Assembly (NCBI GenBank): GCA_947384285.1
Contig: CANDGI010000013.1
Location: forward strand, 8,268 to 72,267
Direction: 5' to 3'
Origin: an uncultured Lachnospiraceae bacterium
GTDB taxonomy: Bacteria > Bacillota > Clostridia > Lachnospirales > Lachnospiraceae
DNA: 64,000 bases
Of the stretch, positions 58,893 through 64,000 are shown piece after piece. The notes under the pieces are model-generated. The model was not told the DNA's origin and searched no databases. It saw nothing but the letters and a program-made list of their open reading frames with translations. Every line of letters starts with the position of its first letter. Within the stretch, counting starts at the first letter, position 1. Position numbers and translations under genes: made by a program.

Positions 58893-61670
58893 ATGGACGA
58901 ATCATCAGATGATAAGTCAATAAAATATATTACTGCAGGCCTTTTAGCCCATGTGGATGCAGGAAAAACAACCTTATCGGAGGCTCTGCTGTATACTGGC
59001 GGCAGCATCCGCAAGCTGGGACGGGTGGACAACGGGGATGCCTTTTTGGATACCTGCCAATTAGAACGGGCCAGGGGCATTACCATATTTTCCAAACAGG
59101 CGCTGCTGCAGGCCGAAGATATGGTGGTTACGCTTTTGGATACCCCGGGCCATGTGGATTTTTCAGCGGAAATGGAGCGCACCCTGCAGGTTCTTGACTA
59201 TGGAATCCTGGTAATCAGCGGAGCGGACGGCCTGCAGGGCCACACCCGTACCCTGTGGCGGCTGCTGGAAAAATATCAGATTCCGGTATTTCTTTTTGTC
59301 AACAAAATGGATCAGCCAGGAACAGATAAAGAAGCGCTGATGGGACAGCTGCGTGCAGGGCTAGATGGGAACTGCCTGGATTTTACCCAGGCAGATACGG
59401 AAGAATTTTATGAAAATGCAGCCATGTGCGAGGAGGAAGCGCTGGAATATTTTCTGGAGCATGGCAGCCTTAAGAAAGAACAGATTCAGGGAATGATTGC
59501 CAGGAGAAAGCTTTTTCCATGTTTTTTTGGTTCCGCCTTGAAGCTGGCAGGCATCCTGGAATTCCTGGAAGGCTTTGGAACCTATGCCTGTCCCAAGGAA
59601 TATCCCGGGGAATTTGGCGCAAAGGTATTTAAGATAACCAGGGACAGCCAGGGGAACCGCCTTACCTGGCTGAAAATTACCGGGGGAAGCTTGAAAGTAA
59701 AGACAGCGCTTACGGTAAACTCCCCATCATGCCTGGCCAGCCGTCCGGCGGACTCCATGGATGTCCCTGCTATGGAAGCCGGAGGCTTTCATGGTAAACA
59801 GGAAAAAGTAAACCAGATACGCATTTATTCTGGGGAGAAATATGGGATGGTGGATGAAGCAGTTCCCGGGATGGTTTGTGCGGTGACAGGATTGAGCGAT
59901 ACCAGGCCGGGAACCGGGCTTGGAAGGGAGCAGCATGCCATGCCGCCGCTTTTAACGCCGGTGCTGACCTATCGGCTGGATGTCCCAGAAACCTGCGATA
60001 CCGCTGTTATGCTGTCAAACCTGTACCAATTGGAGGAGGAGGAGCCGGAGCTTCATATTGTCTGGGATCAGCAGCTTAAGGAAATACAGGTGCAGATTAT
60101 GGGGGAGGTACAGCTTGAAATCATAAAGAGCCTGATTGCAGAGCGGTTTGGGGTGGAGGTAACCTTTGGGGCAGGAAATATTTTGTACAAAGAAACCATC
60201 GCCCATCCGGTGGAGGGCGCGGGCCATTATGAGCCCCTGCGCCATTATGCAGAGGTGCATCTTTTGCTGGAGCCGGGAGAGCCGGGAAGCGGGCTTGTCT
60301 TTGACACCTGCTGCAGTGAGGATGTGCTGGACAAGAACTGGCAGAGATTGGTATTGACCCATCTGGAGGAAAAAATGCACCGGGGCGTACTGACGGGTTC
60401 TGAGATTACAGATATGAAAATTACGCTGGCTGCAGGCCGCGCCCATCAAAAGCACACAGAGGGAGGGGATTTCCGGCAGGCCACCTACCGGGCGCTGCGG
60501 CAAGGACTGATGGAAGCGGAATCCATCTTGCTGGAGCCATATTATAATTTCCGGCTGGAAGTGCCGGAGTCCATGATCGGCCGGGCGATGACAGATATTG
60601 ACAGGATGCATGGAACCGCAGAACCGCCCCAGATACAAGGGGAGATGGCAGTATTTACCGGCAGCGCCCCGGTGGCAGCTATGGGGGATTACCAGAGGGA
60701 AGTGATTTCTTATACCAGAGGAAATGGAAGGCTTTCCTGCAGCCTGAAAGGATATGAGCCTTGCCATAATTCCAAAGAGGTTATAGAAAAGACAGCTTAT
60801 GACCCGGAGCGTGACCTGGAGAACTCCCCGGATTCTGTATTTTGTGCCCATGGAGCTGGTTTTTTGGTGAAATGGGATGAAGCAAAATCCCATATGCATG
60901 TGGAACTCCCGGATTTTCTGCGGAAAAAAATCCAGGGCAGCATTCCGGTAATGGAAAGGGAGAACCTCAAGGAACAGGCAGGGCGGCAGAAGGATTTGAA
61001 CGAGGAGGCCTGGATCGGGGAAGAGGAAGTGAACGCCATACTCTCCCATACCCTGGATGCCAATAGAAGGGAAAAGCAGCCCGGGAAAAAGGGATTTCAT
61101 AAGAAAAAAAGCGTATCCGCCCAGAGAGCCGCTCCTGTGACCCGCACCTACCAGAGCCAGGAGCCCAAAGAAGAATATATGCTGGTGGATGGCTACAATG
61201 TGATTTTTTCCTGGGAGGATTTGAAGGAGCTGGCGGAAGCAAACATTGACGGGGCAAGGGGAAGGCTCCTTGATATCCTTTCCAACTATCAAGGAGTCCG
61301 CAGATGCAATATGATTGCAGTGTTTGATGCCTACCGGGTGCAGCAGCATAAAACGGAAATCCTGGATTACCATAACATCCTTGTAGTGTTTACCAAGGAG
61401 GCAGAGACTGCGGATCAATATATTGAAAAGTTTGCCCATGAAAATGCCCGGAAATACCGGGTGACCGTGGTAACCTCCGATGGCTTGGAGCAGATTATTA
61501 TCCGGGGCCAGGGCTGCGGGCTGATTTCTGCCAGGGAGTTCCAGGAGGAAATCAAATCATCTATGGAGACAGCCCGGCAGGAATATGAAGGAAAGCAGGA
61601 AAAGAGCAGGAATTATCTCAAGGATGCCATTCCAGAGGAATTTAAGAAAAGGATAAAGGAGGAAGGCTAA
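58893..61670 (+). CDS. TetM/EF-G-like translational GTPase fused to a C-terminal NYN (YacP/Rae1) ribonuclease domain
   Basis: AHVDAGKTT, RGITI, DTPGH, NKMD; C-terminal VDGYN, VFDAY, TADQYIE, VTSD. Confidence 0.9.
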   Translation: MDESSDDKSIKYITAGLLAHVDAGKTTLSEALLYTGGSIRKLGRVDNGDAFLDTCQLERARGITIFSKQALLQAEDMVVTLLDTPGHVDFSAEMERTLQVLDYGILVISGADGLQGHTRTLWRLLEKYQIPVFLFVNKMDQPGTDKEALMGQLRAGLDGNCLDFTQADTEEFYENAAMCEEEALEYFLEHGSLKKEQIQGMIARRKLFPCFFGSALKLAGILEFLEGFGTYACPKEYPGEFGAKVFKITRDSQGNRLTWLKITGGSLKVKTALTVNSPSCLASRPADSMDVPAMEAGGFHGKQEKVNQIRIYSGEKYGMVDEAVPGMVCAVTGLSDTRPGTGLGREQHAMPPLLTPVLTYRLDVPETCDTAVMLSNLYQLEEEEPELHIVWDQQLKEIQVQIMGEVQLEIIKSLIAERFGVEVTFGAGNILYKETIAHPVEGAGHYEPLRHYAEVHLLLEPGEPGSGLVFDTCCSEDVLDKNWQRLVLTHLEEKMHRGVLTGSEITDMKITLAAGRAHQKHTEGGDFRQATYRALRQGLMEAESILLEPYYNFRLEVPESMIGRAMTDIDRMHGTAEPPQIQGEMAVFTGSAPVAAMGDYQREVISYTRGNGRLSCSLKGYEPCHNSKEVIEKTAYDPERDLENSPDSVFCAHGAGFLVKWDEAKSHMHVELPDFLRKKIQGSIPVMERENLKEQAGRQKDLNEEAWIGEEEVNAILSHTLDANRREKQPGKKGFHKKKSVSAQRAAPVTRTYQSQEPKEEYMLVDGYNVIFSWEDLKELAEANIDGARGRLLDILSNYQGVRRCNMIAVFDAYRVQQHKTEILDYHNILVVFTKEAETADQYIEKFAHENARKYRVTVVTSDGLEQIIIRGQGCGLISAREFQEEIKSSMETARQEYEGKQEKSRNYLKDAIPEEFKKRIKEEG
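59714..59799 (-). repeat. Family B repeat copy inside the GTPase coding sequence
   Basis: Reverse complement GTTTACCATGAAAGCCTCCGGCTTCCATAGCAGGGACATCCATGGAGTCCGCCGGACGG.. matches the copies at 34439 and 42701. Confidence 0.8.
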
Positions 61671-61747
61671 TGCGAAGCATTATTAAAATGCCTTCTGACG
61701 ACTTGCCGCCGGAGTGAAGCAAAGGGGCATTTCACTGAAAAAGGAGG
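61657..61747 (+). repeat. Family A, copy A4
   Basis: AGGAGGAAGGCTAATGCGAAGCATTATTAAAATGCC...GGCATTTCACTGAAAAAGGAGG. Confidence 0.85.
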
Positions 61748-61757
61748 AAGAGTGAAG

Positions 61758-62741
61758 ATGGAATTAATAAACCGTCCCCGCAGGCTGCGGGGAAGTGGAA
61801 TTTTGCGTAAAATGGTACGGGAAACCAGAATGGATAAATCCTCTTTGGTATATCCTATGTTTGTTGTGGAAGGAAATAATATCAAAGAAGAAATCCCTTC
61901 CATGGCGGGGCAGTACCGTTACAGCGTAGACCGGATGGAAGAAAAACTGGTCGAGCTTCAGGATGCAGGAGTTTCCAGCATTATGCTGTTTGGAATTCCT
62001 GCGGATAAGGATGAGATGGGAAGCGGAGCCTATGCCCAGGATGGAATTGTCCAGAAGGCATTCCGCAAAGCTAAGGAAGCCTGTCCGGGGCTGTATCTGA
62101 TTGGGGATGTTTGCATGTGCGAGTATACCTCCCATGGCCACTGCGGAATACTTTGCGGCCAGGACGTGGACAACGACAAAACCCTTACATATCTGGCAAA
62201 AACGGCGCTTTCCCAGGTACAGGCAGGGGCGGATATGGTGGCTCCTTCCGATATGATGGATGGGCGTGTGGCAGCAATCCGCAGGATGTTAGATGAAAAT
62301 GGGTATATCAATACGCCCATTATGTCTTATGCGGTGAAGTTTGCTTCTTCCTTTTACGGGCCATTCCGGGATGCGGCGGATTCCGCTCCGGCCTTTGGCG
62401 ACCGCAAATCTTACCAGATGGATTACCACAACCGCAGGGAGGCGTTAAAGGAGGCTGCGCTGGATGCGGCGGAGGGCGCGGATATCCTGATGGTGAAGCC
62501 TGCCATGGCTTACGGGGATTTGATTCGGGAGGTAAAGGACAGGACAGATCTTCCCATTGCCGCTTACTCGGTCAGCGGGGAATATGCCATGGTAAAAACA
62601 ACGGCACAAGCAGGATTTATTGATGAAACCAGCATTATGTGTGAAATGGCAGCCAGCGCCTTTCGGGCAGGAACCGATATCTATCTCACCTATTTTGCCC
62701 AGGAACTGGCGAAGTGCATGGATGATGGATTGATTGGATGA
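61758..62741 (+). CDS. hemB: Porphobilinogen synthase
   Basis: RPRRLR, DVCMCEYTSHGHCG, APSDMMDGR and MVKP motifs; GTG 61752 is an alternative start. Confidence 0.97.
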   Translation: MELINRPRRLRGSGILRKMVRETRMDKSSLVYPMFVVEGNNIKEEIPSMAGQYRYSVDRMEEKLVELQDAGVSSIMLFGIPADKDEMGSGAYAQDGIVQKAFRKAKEACPGLYLIGDVCMCEYTSHGHCGILCGQDVDNDKTLTYLAKTALSQVQAGADMVAPSDMMDGRVAAIRRMLDENGYINTPIMSYAVKFASSFYGPFRDAADSAPAFGDRKSYQMDYHNRREALKEAALDAAEGADILMVKPAMAYGDLIREVKDRTDLPIAAYSVSGEYAMVKTTAQAGFIDETSIMCEMAASAFRAGTDIYLTYFAQELAKCMDDGLIG

Positions 62742-62855
62742 TGCTGCAAAGGATGCACCCTATTTGGATAAGGATAAAAATATAGGATTGGAAGTTCTGG
62801 GACGTCATTGCAAAGCTGGGGAAACAAGATTAGCATAAATAGAAAGGGATAAGAT

Positions 62856-64000
62856 ATGGGAAAATCAGAAACATTGTTTGAAAGGGCGGTAAAAGTAATG
62901 CCAGGGGGCGTGAACTCTCCGGTGCGCGCTTTTGGTTCTGTTGGGAGCACTCCCAGATTTATAAAAAGCGCTAAAGGCGCCTGCCTCTACGACGAGGATG
63001 GAAACAAATATATAGATTACATTGGCTCCTGGGGACCGATGATTTTAGGCCATGGGCAGCCGGAGGTTCTTAGCAGCGTCATAGATGCCTGTAAGCGGGG
63101 CTTAAGCTTTGGGGCGGCCACCGCTCCAGAGGTGGAAATGGCGGAATTGGTCTGCAGCCTGATTCCATCCATAGAAATGGTGCGGATGGTCAATTCCGGC
63201 ACAGAGGCGGTGATGAGCGCCATCCGCCTAGCCAGAGGATATACGAAACGGAATAAAATTATAAAGTTTACCGGGTGCTACCATGGGCATTCGGACGGGC
63301 TTTTGGTAAAGGCAGGCTCCGGCGCTATGACGTCAGGAATCCCGGACAGCCTGGGCGTACCGGCAGGCTGCACACAGGATACCCTATCCGCTGATTACAA
63401 TAGCCTGGGCAGTGTAACAGAGCATTTTCAAAGATGCGGAGAGGAAATTGCGGCAGTAATTGTGGAGCCTGCAGCGGCAAATATGGGGGTTGTTCCTCCT
63501 AAGCCAGGTTTCCTTGAAGGCCTGCGCAGCCTTTGTGATGAATATGGCACTCTATTGATTTTTGACGAAGTAATCACTGGATTCCGGCTTGGCATCAGCG
63601 GCGCCCAGGGCTATTATGGCATTGAGCCGGATCTTACCACCTTTGGAAAAATTATCGGCGGCGGCATGCCGGTAGGAGCTTACGGCGGAAGACGGGAAAT
63701 TATGGAACTGGTGGCTCCGGCAGGCGGCGTGTACCAGGCAGGAACCTTAAGTGGAAATCCTGTTGCCATGGCGGCAGGGATTGCACAGCTTACGATTTTA
63801 AAAGAGCATCCCGAGTATTATACAGATTTGAATGAAAAAGCAAATAAGTTCTATCAGGACATGCAAAAGATTCTTAAGAAATCCGGGCGTCCTTACCAGG
63901 TAAATCATGTAGGTTCCCTGGGATGCCTGTATTTTACAGAAAAAGAAGTGGCAGATTACGAAAGTGCGAAAACCTCTGACACAAAGGCATTTGCAGATTA
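62856..64000 (+). CDS. hemL: Glutamate-1-semialdehyde 2,1-aminomutase (runs off the window end)
   Basis: [26 protein letters not shown]; [21 protein letters not shown] and GKIIGGGMP motifs. Confidence 0.96.
   Translation, partial: MGKSETLFERAVKVMPGGVNSPVRAFGSVGSTPRFIKSAKGACLYDEDGNKYIDYIGSWGPMILGHGQPEVLSSVIDACKRGLSFGAATAPEVEMAELVCSLIPSIEMVRMVNSGTEAVMSAIRLARGYTKRNKIIKFTGCYHGHSDGLLVKAGSGAMTSGIPDSLGVPAGCTQDTLSADYNSLGSVTEHFQRCGEEIAAVIVEPAAANMGVVPPKPGFLEGLRSLCDEYGTLLIFDEVITGFRLGISGAQGYYGIEPDLTTFGKIIGGGMPVGAYGGRREIMELVAPAGGVYQAGTLSGNPVAMAAGIAQLTILKEHPEYYTDLNEKANKFYQDMQKILKKSGRPYQVNHVGSLGCLYFTEKEVADYESAKTSDTKAFAD

Noticed and set aside
60015-61439. Long antisense ORFs (474 aa here; also 17764-18822, 16552-17466, 8900-9778, 47313-48137)
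   Set aside because: They are shadows of well-supported sense-strand genes, with no motifs or RBS.
58893-61670. Calling the GTPase tetM/tetW (tetracycline resistance)
   Set aside because: It is much longer than ribosomal protection proteins, has an NYN fusion and has no mobile-element context.

Overview
64 kb of chromosome from a Clostridia bacterium, probably Lachnospiraceae. Most genes are on the + strand. No rRNA, tRNA, CRISPR array or intact IS element was recognised. Gene content: 5'-truncated mtnN; a mannose-family PTS operon with two SIS deglycases (fructoselysine/glucoselysine type) and twin GntR regulators; two TetR-controlled units; two chemoreceptors; two two-component systems; a ClpX paralog; a Csp-type subtilase; lspA; a sucrose-type PTS; an allose-like kinase/isomerase/ABC/ribokinase cluster; a mannitol-type PTS with a Zn-dehydrogenase; an amylosucrase-like GH13; a TetM/EF-G-like GTPase fused to a YacP/Rae1 NYN nuclease; sirC, hemB and 3'-truncated hemL. 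Several gene remnants lie between these. The most striking unexplained structure is two families of short dispersed structured repeats. Family A (about 90 bp; 4 full and 2 partial copies, all co-oriented with transcription) is bracketed by AGGAGG, opens with a covarying GCGAAGC mini-hairpin, and supplies the Shine-Dalgarno (SD) of the next gene in 5 of 6 cases. Family B (about 78 bp hairpin units; about 7 copies) occurs singly and in a short tandem array, and one copy sits in reverse orientation inside the open reading frame of the GTPase-NYN fusion. All alignments and family calls were made by eye and need computational confirmation.
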